Assembly (NCBI GenBank): GCA_951406725.2
Contig: OX597823.1
Location: forward strand, 117,490,001-117,554,000
Source: Octopus vulgaris
Taxonomy: Eukaryota
Length of the DNA stretch: 64,000 bases
Direction of reading: 5' to 3'
Each line of letters starts with the position of its first letter. Position 1 is the first letter of the stretch. Positions 10,499 through 23,520 of the stretch are shown here, one piece after another. The position numbers were made by a program, and so were the translations under genes. The notes under the pieces are model-generated. The model did no database searches and was not told where the DNA came from. It saw nothing but the letters and a program-made list of their open reading frames with translations.

Positions 10499-12903
10499 CC
10501 TAGGGTGTGGCACTTTTTCACACAACTATCTTCATCCATTCTCGCCACATGACCATACCAGCGCAAACGTCTCTCTTGCACACCACATCTTAGGTCCAAC
10601 TTTTCTCTCAAGGCACTTACACTCTGTCGGGTATGAACACTGACATTACACATCCATCGGAGCATACTGGCTTCATTTCTTGCAAGCTTACGCATATCCT
10701 CAGCAGTCACGGCCCATGTTTCACTGCCGTGTAACATGGCTGTTCGTACACATGCATCATACAGTCTACCTTTTACTCTGAACGAGAGGCCCTTTGTCAC
10801 CAGCAGAGGTAAGAGCTCTCTGAACTTTGCCCAAGCTATTCTTACTCTAGCAGCTACACTTTCAGCGCACCCTCCTTCGCTACTGACTTGGTCACCTAGA
10901 TAATGGAAGCTATCACCTACTTCTAGTTTTTCTCCCTGGAATGTGGCGGAAGTTGGTCTGTGCACATTTTCAGTGTTTATCGCTCCCGAGCATCTGCCAC
11001 GTACAAAAACTATCTTCTCAGTTAGCCTTCCTTTGATATTACTGCACCACTTATGTGTCCATAGCTTACACTGGATACATCTTATAGAGTTTCTACCTAT
11101 GCCTCTACTACAGATCGAGCAGGGCCATCTACCTGAAGGGATTTGTGGTTTGTCTGCCTTTTAGCTAGGTTGATTTTAAGGCGCTTCGATTCTAATCCTT
11201 ATTTCCACACTTGAAACTTCTCCTCTAGTTCTGATAGTGACTCAGCAATTAGAGCAAGGTCGTCAGCATAGAGGAGCTCCCAGGGGCATCCTGTCTTGAA
11301 TTCCTCCGTTATTGCCTGGAGGACTATGATAAATAGGAGGGGGCTGAGGACTGAACCCTGGTGGACCCCAACCTCTACCTTGAATTCTTCAGTGTACTCG
11401 TTGCCAACCCTTACCTTACTTACAGCGTCCCTGTACATGGCTTGCACAGCTCTCACTAACCATTCATCTATCCCTAGTTTCCTCATTGACCACCAGATAA
11501 GAGATTAGGGAACCCTGTCAAAGGCTTTCTCCATGTCAACGAAAGCCAGGTACAGGGGCTTATCTTTGGCTAGGTATTTCTCCTGCAGCTGTCTCACCAG
11601 AAATATGGCATCAGTAGTACTTTCCCTGGCACGAAACCAAACTGCATCTCGTCCAAGTTGACTCTCTCCCTAATCAGTTGGGCTATGATCCTCTCCGTAA
11701 CTTTCATTACCTGATCCAACAGCTTGATACCTCTGTAATTATTTGTATCTAGGGCATCACCTTTACCTTTGTAGCAGTTGACTATTATGCTGCTACACCA
11801 GTCATTGGGTGTGACTCCTTTGTGTATCACCTGGTTAACTATACGGGTGACTAGGCTATAGCCAACACTGCCAGATATTTTGAGCATCTCTGCAGTAATT
11901 CCTGATGGGCCTGGGGCTTATCCTGTCTTCATGCTTCTAATTGCCTTAACTACCAAGGAACTGTCAACTCGGATAGCTGGTCCCTCTGTTGGGTTGACAT
12001 TCAGCAGACTCTCTTTATCCCATTCATTTTCCTCATTCAGCAACCTTTCATAGTGGCGTCTCCAAACCTCTCTCTTTGCATCCTCATTTAGCGCAAGTGA
12101 ACCATCATCCATGCGAACACATTTCTCTCCTACCACATCACGATTCTCTCTCACAGACTGTCTTGCAACACAAAATACCTCAAGTCTTTGGTCCTCACAG
12201 CTCAGAACATTGGCAAATTTTTTCTTATCTGCTTCCCCTCTGGCTAAATAAACCTGCCTCCTAGCTTCCCTTCCAGTCCTTCCAAGCCTGTTTCTTTTGT
12301 CTAATAGCCTTGTCAACAACATTGTTCCACTACAACATTATTTTGGGTTGAAAGGGGGCTTTGCATCATCCACAGAGTTGGTCGGTGGCCCTTAGCAGGT
12401 TGTCCCTGTAGGTACCTCCAGTTGTCTTCTATACCATGTGAAGCTATATCCCCTTCTATTTCGTCAAAGGCTCTGAGTAATATGTCTCTAAATCTCTGTC
12501 CATTCTCTGGATCTTTAAGTCTCCAGACCCGTCTTTTCCTTGTGGGTCGTCTTCTGGGCATCCATTTAGCCCTGATCCTGAAGTCACTAACTACCAGTCT
12601 ATGTTGTGGGGTACATTCTTCGCCAGGGAAGGTTTTGGCATTTATAAGCAGCCATTTTTTCCTTTTTCTGGTGAGAATGTAGTCAATCTGATTAGTGTGT
12701 CTGCCAGATCGGTAGGTGACTAGGTGGCTGGCAGGTTTTCTGAAGTTAGTATTGCAAACCATAAGATCATTTGCGTCACAGAACTCCAGCAGCCTGGTTT
12801 TCTCCTCATTGCAAGAGCCAAAACTGTAGCCTCCATGTATGCCATGGAAGCCCCTGACATGTTGTCCAACATGTCCATTGAAGTCACCAGCCACAAATAG
12901 TCC
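10499..12903 (-). mobile_element. RTE-clade LINE fragment (AP endonuclease + reverse transcriptase), frameshifted
   Basis: GDFNGHVG, QIDYIL, QHRLVV (endonuclease); NYRGIKLL, QFGFVPG, GVHQGSVLSPLLF, LLYADDLAL (RT); RRLRWYGHV (C-terminus). Confidence 0.97.
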
Positions 12904-12906
12904 GCA

Positions 12907-12969
<63 letters not shown>

Positions 12970-13133
12970 TACGATGGGCTTCTTTCAGTTTCCATCGACC
13001 AAATCCACTCACAAGGTTTTAGTTGGCCCAAGGCTATAGTAGAAGACACTTGCTGAAGGTGCCACGCAGTGGGACTGAACCAGAGACCATGTGGTTGGGA
13101 AGCCAGCTTCTTACCACACAGCCACTCCTGTGC
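12907..13133 (-). mobile_element. SINE family 1, 5' half
   Basis: tRNA head and body up to the internal (TA)n, which abuts the RTE fragment. Confidence 0.88.
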
Positions 13134-13153
13134 CAAATTATATATATTTATTC

Positions 13154-13318
13154 TGAGTTCATCCAATTTACTGACCCCTTGGTGAGAATTTCTCACTAAT
13201 GGTACAGTAGGATTAGAAGCTATTAATAAATAAATAATACACTTTGCTGAAAGTGTAGCACGCTCTAATGTTTTATAAAAGACCCACTCATATCTATATA
13301 TTGTGGCGTATGTGTATG

Positions 13319-13350
<32 letters not shown>
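13154..13350. repeat. Left arm of a ~200 bp essentially identical inverted repeat (partner 15792..15990)
   Basis: Identical translated segments in ORFs 12720..13367(-) and 15756..16076(+). Confidence 0.95.
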
Positions 13351-13358
<8 letters not shown>

Positions 13359-13370
13359 TACATACACACA

Positions 13371-15787
13371 CAGAAGTGGGCACCGTTAACCCAAAAGTCA
13401 ACTTCATTAATCATTAATCCGTTAATTCTTAGAAAATGTAAAGGAAGTTAACATTAATCCGCTATCGTTAGCTTTTATTGAAAAAGTTAAGTTAAGTTAA
13501 TTTTTGGGCTCAAAAAGCAAAAAGCAAGGCCATGTAGGGGGACATGGAGTTATGTACAGGGTGGTGTTCATGCAAAGAGTTCAGGTCATTTCTGGTCAAA
13601 AGAGACTTTGAACCGAGCGGTCGTCAGCATCTTCACTATCTCGTCTGGCAGCTGATTCCACGGATCCGCAACCCGGACGGGGAAAGCCCCTCTCCTTCGA
13701 TTGAGATGAAATCGTCGCAGATAGAGCTTTTCGGAGTGACCCCGCAGCCGACGCTCTGGAGCAGGAGTGAAGAACAGCTCTTTCGAGAGGTTACGGTTTC
13801 CACTTATGATGTGAGCAAGAATGAGATCAACACGGCATATCTACAGTTAAATACCCCACTGATTTTATTACCTCATAACCTCCAGAAAAAGCAATTCTTT
13901 TTAACGAAATTTTCACCAAATAATCTCTTATATCCTGTAGAATGGGTGTATGTAAAGATTTGTTGGAAAACATTTTCCAAGGGGTTGGGGAGAGGAGTTT
14001 CAGAAAATTCACAGGACCTGACAATTTCTCTGACATAACTTCCTGGAAAATAGGTATTTTTAATGAAATTTCATACAAATGCCTTTCAAACGGTGTAGAT
14101 TATGATTACAAAGAAATTTACAGGTAAAATTTTTGGAAAGGGCGGAGGTGGGGAGGAGTTTCTGGACAACGGAGTTTCAGATCAGACGACCAGATAAGTT
14201 GGAATTTCTCTGTTTTGAGGGGGGATTTTTCTCAATGATTTTCACCAAAGTCTTCAGAATGATGGCCGGCATCTTTTCACAGAAATAAACAAAGAAAATA
14301 TTGAAAAAATTTTTCCCCTCTTGTCACCCCCCTCACCACCCCCGTCTGAAATAATTTTGGCCCATTTTTATTTTTTCACTACTCACTTAAAACCCATGAA
14401 AGAAACATTCTCGGTTTTAAAAAAAATTGTTGATAATTTCAGAGGAAAATGTGTGATTTAAGGGAGATATGGCTGTTGTTTCTAGCACACCCCAAAACCT
14501 CCCTTCTCATTTCTTTCTCACTCACACATCTATTGATATTTTTCAATATTTTTCTCCTCATAAACAAATATTATGGAATGATGACGTCAAAGTAACACAC
14601 GTGTAGTCCCAACCAAGTGAGGCCATGTGTGTGTAAGAAAAATAAAAGCATGAAAAACATCTGTCAAATATAACGCTTATTTGTTCATGTTATTTTGAAT
14701 TATTCAGGTTCAAGAGGGGTGTCCACAATATTTGCTTGTAACTTTGTAAATTTTTTACATACAGATTTGAAATTTTATCAGTGGGTATTTTATACACCGC
14801 TGGTTTATAGTTATGTAATTTTAGCTGATCTTGCTGAGTAAATCTGACTTTTATGGGCAGATACATTTGATTAACAGGTGTAAAAGCAAGTTTCTGCCAA
14901 GGGAGTTTTGTTTTGCAGGTCTTCTTTTCTTTTTCAGGTTATTTTGCATGCTTTCATCAAATGTGATATCGAAATCATGCATAAACAGCTCCTTTTCCCA
15001 GAAAAGGAAAGATTTTGCTGCTATTTCTAGCATACCCTGTTACCACATGACAGCTATTTACATTCACACCGAAATATTTACCAACTTTTTTCTTTCCATT
15101 TATTTTTTCCACTTTATTTTCTCTGCTGACATCCACCTCAGTTGATTTTGCTTTTCTCCCAGTTCTGTGCTTTCTGGAAGAAAAACCAGTTCTGGCTGCT
15201 ATAGTTGTCTGCCTCATTGCTGTGGTCAAGAATCATTCACAGTGTGGCGGTCAAGATTCTCTCTGATTTCTCGCTTACAGAGTGCTGGCATTTATAATAA
15301 TTACATTCCAGCTAGAAAGATGGATATACCATTATAAGCATATTTATACTAATGTAGGACACTTGCAGTCTATTTGAACTCTCCATGACACAGTGAGGTC
15401 ACAGATCAAATGGAAACACACTGCTCCCTCTTCACAGGACAAAGAAATTTCCCATTGTCTTTGCAAGCAACAACTGGGTGAATTTGGTTTCAAATCTAGG
15501 CAGAGCCAAACAAGGTCCTAAAAGTTATTTATAATAATAAGTGGCATTATATCAGGGTTGAAAGAATGACATATAAAATCAAATATGCTAAGACAATCTG
15601 AAAACAATAGAAACTTTTAAACGATTTCCAGTTTTTATGAAATTTTGGGGTTAACGAACTTAAGGTAACGGAAGCAGAATGTAACAAAAGTTAATTAGTC
15701 TGATAATGATTTTCAAACGTTAAATCATTAATGAAAATGTTAACTTCATTAATTAATGACTAACGGATTAATGGATTTACACACAGC

Positions 15788-15791
<4 letters not shown>
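13371..15791. mobile_element. Decayed DNA transposon with hAT-like termini
   Basis: Termini cagaagtggg / cacagctctg; clustered subterminal ttaatccgtta/taacggattaa motifs at both ends. Confidence 0.6.
13484..13800 (-). mobile_element. CR1/L2-like LINE 3' end nested in the DNA transposon
   Basis: Minus-strand translation LRGHSEKLYLRRFHLNRRRGAFPVRVADPWNQLPD; GC-rich and little decayed; (TTAAC)n tail. Confidence 0.8.
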
Positions 15792-15825
<34 letters not shown>

Positions 15826-15990
15826 CATACACATACGCCACAATATATAGATATGAGTGGGTCTTTTATAAAACATTAGAGCGTGCTACACTTTCAGCAA
15901 AGTGTATTATTTATTTATTAATAGCTTCTAATCCTACTGTACCATTAGTGAGAAATTCTCACCAAGGGGTCAGTAAATTGGATGAACTCA
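15792..15990. repeat. Right arm of the inverted repeat
   Basis: Reverse complement of 13154..13350. Confidence 0.95.
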
Positions 15991-16024
15991 CTATAAGTAG
16001 TTACATTGTAAAACTTCAGGCTCT

Positions 16025-16087
16025 GAATGTGTGTGCGTATACATGTGCGGATGTGTGTGTATATATATATATATGAATGTATGCATG

Positions 16088-16119
<32 letters not shown>

Positions 16120-16192
16120 TTTACATAAATTTATATATCTCTATGTATGTGTGTGTATATATATATATATATATATGTGCATGTATACATAT

Positions 16193-16225
<33 letters not shown>

Positions 16226-16430
16226 CACATATACATGCATTTATACATGTGCATATGTGTGTGTATATATATATATAGGTATATATGTATATATACATAT
16301 ATACGTACATACATATATTCATACACACATGCATACACACACACACATGCATACATACATACACACATGCATACATACATACATACATATGTGCGTAAGT
16401 ATATAATTATGTGAATGTATGTAATGTATT
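16025..16430. repeat. Compound TA/CA/TG microsatellite
   Basis: Direct inspection. Confidence 0.95.
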
Positions 16431-17113
16431 ATATGGTTTTGCATTGGTGTAGTAAAGTGCATTATCTAAATAGTCGAAAGCCAAATTTCTAGAAACATCT
16501 GAGTAACATAGCAACAAGGGTCTCCTTAAGTGACTACAGCCATAATAACTACAAGAACCATAAATAGAATATAACTATATTAGCAACTATGAAAGTGAGA
16601 TAAAACACAAAGCAATAAACAGCAAGCGGAGAGCAGAGTCGATGAGTGAGGAACCGGAGAGCAGTGTCGGAGAGTGAGGAAACACTGTTTTATCTGTTCC
16701 AATCAAAAGTGGAAAAGTGAAGTTATATGACTATTATGAAGCAGACCAACCCTACCACGACCATTCCAAGTATAACAACTATATATTATTACCATACATC
16801 CATCAGTTGCTCCTTGTCTTTTTTGGTTTTGTTTTGTTTTGTTTTTTGTTGTTTTTCTTTTTGTTTTTTTTGCTGGTGTCCATTATTTTTCTTGCATCTT
16901 CTTCATTTAATCAGATGTTGCCAGAATCTAAAGACAGCATAAAAATAAAAGAGAGGAAAAAAAAGAAAAAAAAAAAAGAACATTCAGAATTAATGAAAGA
17001 AACTGAAATAGAGTCATTCATAAACCTCTGTGTAAGTCTGTTTATGTCTCTCTCTCATTCTCTCTCTCTCTCTCTCTATCTATCTGTCTATTTATCTATC
17101 CATCTCTCTATAT

Positions 17114-17154
<41 letters not shown>

Positions 17155-17158
<4 letters not shown>

Positions 17159-17690
17159 TTTCTTTCACTTGTTTCAATCATTTGACTGCGGTCATGCTGG
17201 AGCACCACTTTTTAGTCGAAGAAATCGACCCCTCAACTTATTCTTCGTAAGCCTGGTATTTTTTCTATCGGTCCCTTCCGCGTGACACCTTGAGCAAGTG
17301 TCTATAGATGCAAGAGTGGCTGTGTGGTAAGTAGTTTGCTTACCAACCACATAGTTTCGGGTTCAGTCCCACTGCGTGGCACCTTCGGCAAGTGTCTCCT
17401 ACTATAGCCTAGGGCCAACCAAAGCATTGTGAGTGAATTTGGTAGACGGAAACTGAAAGAAGCCCATCGTATATGTATATGCGTGTGTGTGTGTGTGTGT
17501 TCCCCAACATCGCTTGACAACCAATGCTGGTGTGTTTACGCCCCTGTAACTTAGCAGATTGGCAAAAAGGACTGATAGAATAAGTACTAAGCTTACAAAG
17601 AATATGTCCTGAGGTCGATTTGCTCGACTAAAGGTGGTGCTCCAGCATGACCACAGTCAAAATAACTGAAACAAGTAAAAAGGATAAAAG
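17155..17690. mobile_element. Inverted pair of SINE family 1 copies (3' fragment on minus 17155..17280; full copy on plus 17307..17690)
   Basis: Head and tail motifs as in the other copies. Confidence 0.88.
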
Positions 17691-17924
17691 GACACTCTGG
17701 GGTTGGTAAAATTAACTTTCCTACTCTCCTGAAATTGCTGGCCTTGTGCCAAAATTTGAACTCAATATTTTTCCATGTTGAGGTTTGTTTCCATGGAGCA
17801 TTTGAAATGAATAACCTGCATGTATGATGGTGACTATCATTTAGCACTATTCTGCATTGTAAAGATTTCTTTTTACAATCAATAGCACAGAACATTCAAC
17901 TGCTAAAAGTAAAGTATTCAGAAA

Positions 17925-18315
17925 CTAACAGTTATCGCCCGGCGTTACTTGGGTTTGTTTTGACCCTTTAGAATTGGAATTTTTGAAAAGTAAAAATTTT
18001 GCATTATATGGCTTGTTATTCTCTTTAAGTGAACATTTTTCTGATTGAAATACACTGAAAAATGGCGACACAGCAGTAAAAAAATCGTAAAAAATAGGGA
18101 TTTTCATAGAAAAAAAGCACCTTTTTGATGTAAATAATTTTAGGTGTTAACATGGTCCGATTTGAAGTTTTTCTTCTATGGAAGGAAGAGCAAGCCTTCT
18201 TCTATCATACTCTCAATTTTGGTCAACTTGTGCTGCAGAGTCTCGGAGGAGACAGTTTTAGTTGAAGGCTACCAAACCTGCCATACACTGACAACTTCAG
18301 CTTTATATATATAGA
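17925..18315 (-). mobile_element. Non-autonomous Helitron
   Basis: Minus strand starts A|TCtatatatataaagctg and ends with hairpin cccaagtaacgccggg followed by ttag|T; AT target, no TSD. Confidence 0.8.
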
Positions 18316-18682
18316 TTAAGCTGTTATTGTAGTGGATAACTTAATTCCTCTATTTGTGCTTTTGATGGTTTGTGATTAATTAAACATGAGGCTTTCCAGG
18401 ATAGAGCTAATAAATAAAGAATAACAGTTTTATCAAGGTTTACTGTCAAGCCTAAAATGCCAATGTAATTTTGCTCAGAACAGCTTTTTTCATTTCACCT
18501 TGTTTCACCACAAAAATGACCAAGACTCTATATTTGCCTCCATTAATAATGAGGCTATGAGCTTCTGGCCAGCAGGTTTGATGAATTATATATATGGCCA
18601 AGTGCAATAGTAGATGTGAAACCAATGGTAACTTTCTGACCAGTTCTTTGCCTCAAACAATGATATTCTAATCAACTACATA

Positions 18683-18860
18683 TTATATGAAAAGTTGAGA
18701 CAAAAGTTTTGGGTTTTTTTCTGTATTTTAAGCTTTAATTAGTAGTTCAAACAAATTACATATGAAAATCATTTATTCATCAAAATATATCCCATCATAC
18801 TCTATTGTCTGTTGTCATCATTGTGCCAGAAGCTCAATTCCACACAAACTATTTCTTTGA
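18683..18860 (-). mobile_element. Mariner 3' fragment
   Basis: Minus-strand translation GIELLAQ...QQTIEYDGIYFDE* followed by a TIR-like end. Confidence 0.6.
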
Positions 18861-19204
18861 TTGACCAATGTCACTGTAGTTGTTGAGTATAAAGGTTAGC
18901 ATTCGCAACATGACCATCTGGGACAAGCTCAAAGTACAACACGCCTCAAAATTCCACCATTTAATTAATTAAGAAGTAATCAATAATTTCACCAAGTAGA
19001 ATTCGGCATGAAAAAGGGACCAATTGATGGTAAACTTAAGTAATACTAAATAGTTAGGGTTCAGCAAAGATTTGCTTTACCACATACCGAAGTTTAGAAA
19101 TAGCAGCCAAAAAACGTTAGCTATTTCTTCTACTTTAAAAAGGGACCCCCAGAAAAACCAAAATACTTGAAAACAATCCACACAGGCAGTAGTTTACTGC
19201 CTGT

Positions 19205-20380
19205 AGCATCAGTGGTGCTTCTACCTGGCACAAAACCGAACTGCATCTCATCTAAGCAAATTCTCTCCCTAATGAGATGGGTTATGACCCTCTCTGTGAC
19301 CTTCATCACCTGATCCAACAGTTTAATACCCCTGTAGTTATTTCTATCTAGAGCATCACCCTTACCCTTGTAGCAGTTGACAATGGTGCTGCTACGCCAG
19401 TCATTGGGTATGACTCCATTATGAACTACCTGGTTAACAATACGGGTGACTAGGCCATAGCCCACATAACCAGTTGTTTTAAGCATCTCAGCAGTGATTT
19501 CTGATGGGCCAGGGGCTTAACCTGGTTTCATACCCTTAATTGCCTTAACTACTAGGGAGCTGTCTATTCGGATAGCTGGTCCCTCTACTGGGTCAACATT
19601 TGGCAGGCTCTCCTCCTCCCATTCATTCTCCACATTCAGCAGTCTTTCATAATGGCTTCTCCAAGCCTCTTTCTTTTCACTGTCATTAAAAGCAAGTGCC
19701 CCCATCATCCATGCAGACACATTTCTCTCCTGTAACATCACTATTTTCTCTCACACACTGTCTAGCAATATGAAATACCTCAGTTCTTTGGTCCTCACGT
19801 CGCTGGACATTGGCAAACTTCTTCTCTTCTGCTACATCTTTGGCTATGTATACCTGCCGCCCAGCCTCCCTTTTCGCTACCTGGTACAGTTCCCTGCTAC
19901 GCCCCCATCCCTCCAGGCTTTCCAGGCCTGTTTCTTTACACTAATGGCTTTGTCTACTGCACTATTTCACCACCACGTAACTCTAGGTCTGGAAGGGACT
20001 TTGCACCATCCACAGACTTGGTCTGTGGCACTCAGCAAGCTGTCCCGTAGGAATTTCCAGCTACCTTCTATGTCTGACGTCTGTAGCTCCTACTCCCTCT
20101 CATCAAATTTCTTGATGAGGATGTCCCTAAATCTCTGACCATGTGAAGGGTTCTTAGCTTCCAAATCCTTCTTTTCTGGATTGGTCTGTTTCTTGGAATC
20201 CTTCTGGCCTTAAGCCTAAAGTCACTAATGATTAGCCTATGCTGAAGGGTACATTCTTCACCCGGGAGGGTCTTTGTATTTAAGAGCAACCCTGCATCCC
20301 GCTGTCTGGTGAGGATGAAGTCTATTTGGCCAGCGGAGTCTCCTGACTGATAGGTTATTAGGTGGCAGTCAGGCTTCCAC
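19205..20380 (-). mobile_element. RTE LINE fragment (endonuclease C-terminus to RT N-terminus)
   Basis: QIDFILTR, QHRLIISDF, NYRGIKLL, QFGFVPGRSTTDA; paralogous to 10499..12903. Confidence 0.95.
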
Positions 20381-20763
20381 ATAAAAAGTACCATCCGAAC
20401 ATGGCCGATGCCAGCGCCGCATCAACTGGCTTCTGTGCTGGTGGCACATAAAAAGCACCATCCAAACGTGGCTGATGCCAGTGCCGCCTTGACTGGCTTC
20501 CGTGCCGGTGGCACGTTAAAAGCACCAACCGATCATGGCTGATGCCAGACTCCCCTGGCACCTGTGCCAGTGGAACGTAAAAAGCACCCACTACACTCGC
20601 GGAATGGTTGGCGTTAGGAAGGGCATCCAGCTGTAGAAACACTGCCAGATCAGACTGGAGCCTAGTGCAGCCCCTGGCTTTCCAGACCCCGGTCGAACCG
20701 TCCAACCTGTGCTAGCGCGGAAAACGGACGTTAAATGATGATGATGATGATGATGATGATGAT
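20380..20763 (+). mobile_element. RTE 3'UTR / RTE-tailed SINE with ~60 bp tandem units and (GAT)n tail
   Basis: tggttggcgttaggaagggcatccagctgtagaaac...ggacgttaaatgatgat; the same tail is contiguous with the RTE ORF at 22700..23510. Confidence 0.85.
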
Positions 20764-20899
20764 ACAGAGGGAGACAGACAGACAGACAGATAAATAGACA
20801 AACAGACAGACACACACACATTTTTTCAAGGAAATGCCCAACATGGCTGCCGTCCAATGACTGGAACAAGTAAAAGATCAAAGATAAAAGATAAAATAG

Positions 20900-21186
20900 A
20901 TATACATATGTGTGAGTGCGTGTATTTATGTGTGTGTGTGTGTGTGTTTGTGTGTATGTGTGTGTGTCTGTGTGTGTGTGTGTGTGTTTATGAACAGTTA
21001 TTCATTTGAAAGTGGTAAAATTAATTTGGATACATTGATATTTCAAAATATATTTTGATATATACTTGTATTCTGTCTCATATATATATATATGGGTGTG
21101 TGTGTATGTACATGTTCTGCTTTCTAAAATGTAAACAGTGGAGATAGATATATATATATATGATAGTGTGTGTGTATATATATATG

Positions 21187-21277
<91 letters not shown>

Positions 21278-21794
21278 AGAGATTATTGTAATTTGTATAT
21301 ACATATGTATAGATTCATGTATGCTTATCTGTGTAGCTGTATAGATTTTTACGATAATATTTACTTAAAATTTAAAAGAAATATATAAATGTATTGATGT
21401 AGATACTGTAGACACGCATACACTTATGTATGTATATAACGTATGTAGGTGTGTATGTAGGTGTGTATGTAGGTGTGTGCAGTTGATGTATGCATGTATG
21501 TATACATAGATACATACATATGTACATGCATATATTCATATTTATACATTATCATTCATACATTTACTATTTGTTTACACACATGCACACACATACACGC
21601 ATGCACACATACACATGTTTATATACACAGAGATACATTTCTTACATATTCTGTCTGCAATTTTAAGCATAATATAAATTCCAGGCGACATGGCAAATGT
21701 TAGAAAACTCGATACACATGGAAATATATATTACATATACATACATACACACACACACACATACGCAAATATACATATTTATACACATTGTGTG

Positions 21795-21833
<39 letters not shown>

Positions 21834-21910
21834 AGGTAAGTAGGTAGGTATGTTTATATGCATGTATAGATATGTATGTATAGATATGTATGTAATGTAC
21901 ACATATCAGA
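20900..21910. repeat. Compound TG/TA/CA microsatellite region
   Basis: Direct inspection. Confidence 0.9.
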
Positions 21911-22644
21911 AAAACATTGGAAAGATACATTTTAATATTTCTATTTTATATTTTGGCTTTCAATATTCTTGCTACTATTGCTGTGGTTATTGTTTGTTGG
22001 TAGTATTTCTCTTTGTTGTCATTTTATTCTTAGTTTTTCTTATTACTTTCATAACCATTCCCTTTCTTGTTAGTTCCATAATCATTCCTGACAGCAGAAT
22101 GTCGATCTGTTCAAGCATTCAATAATCTAAATCTAACTATTTCATTGCTTTCTTCTCACTAATTCAATGTTTCTTCATCAGAATTATTTACCAAAACTTA
22201 CTTCAAACAATTCCATTTGGTTATATTAAAAAAAAATCTTTGAAAACAAATCTGTAACTTAGCAAAAATGACAAAGAAATTGAAAATATAAAAAAAGTTA
22301 TGAAACTTAAATAAGCCTAGATTTTGTTTTCTTCATTGAAATCCATGAAGGAGAAAAATAACAGGTTTAACTCTAAGGTTTTATATTTTTCAATAACAAT
22401 CCTGCATGTTTAAATGTGGTACTTTGTACATGTAATACATAGTATGTAAGTTTATATGTAGAGTTTAGTCCATGTCAGATGCAGTCACATGTTTCAGTGT
22501 TAAATCTAAGAAGTACATTCATTTGGAAATGTAACGTGAATTTAAGAAGAGTTTTTGAGTTGATGTAAGTCGAGAAAGTGACTGAGTATGAATGATATTG
22601 GCTAATCTTTATAAACGAGAAAAGTAATGACCTTGTCATATGTT

Positions 22645-22697
<53 letters not shown>

Positions 22698-22701
<4 letters not shown>

Positions 22702-23510
22702 TCATCATTTAACATCTGTTTTTCATGCTGGTATGGGTTAGACAGTTTCACTGGAACTGGTAAACCAGAGAAATGCATCAGGTTCCTGTCTGATTTGGCA
22801 TGGTTTCTACAGCTGGATGCCCTTCCTAACACCAACCACTCCAAGTGTGTAACGGGTGCTCTTTATGTGCCACCAGCATGGGTGCCATTTACGTGACACT
22901 AGCAACGGCCACAACTACAATTTCACTTGACTTGATGAGTCTTCTCAAGCACAACATATCACCAAAGGTCTCTGTCACTAGTCATTGCCTCCATGTGGCC
23001 TAACATTCGAAGATCATGTTTCGCCACCTCGTCCCATGTCTTTCTGGATTTACCTCTCCCACAGGTTCCCTTCACAGTTAGAGATCAGCACTTCCTTACA
23101 CAGCTGTTCTTGTTGATATGCATCACATTTCCAAACCAGTACATTCGTCTCTCTTGCACACCACATCTGATGCCGCTTATGTCCAGTTTTTCTCACAAGA
23201 TTCTTACACTCTGTGGCTCATGCACACTAACATTACACATCCAGTGAAGCATACTAGCTTCATTTCTTTCAAGCCTTCACATGTCCTCTGCAGTCACAGC
23301 CCACGTTTCACTGCCATGGAGTATGACTGTTCACACACAGGCAACATACAGTCAGCTTTTCATTCGGAGGAAGAGGCCCTTTGTTACCAACAGAGGAAGA
23401 AGTTCTCTGAACTCTGCCCAGCCTATTCATATTCTAGCAGCTACACTCGCAGTGCATCTACCTGCACTGCTGACTTGGTCACCTAGATAATGGAAGCTAT
23501 CAACTACTTT
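22698..23510 (-). mobile_element. RTE LINE 3' end with 3'UTR and (GAT)n tail
   Basis: Minus-strand VDSFHYLGDQVS ... RGKSRKTWDEVAKHDLRML, followed by the shared UTR. Confidence 0.9.
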
Positions 23511-23520
23511 TAGGTACACA

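Noticed and set aside
16031-16414. Many ORFs rich in YI/HT/VC repeats (also at 21 kb, 31 kb, 49 kb and 63.5 kb)
   Set aside because: They are translations of TA/CA/TG microsatellites, not genes.
16717-17250. 177-aa ORF with an apparent transmembrane segment
   Set aside because: The hydrophobic stretch comes from a T-rich tract, and the ORF runs into microsatellite and SINE sequence.
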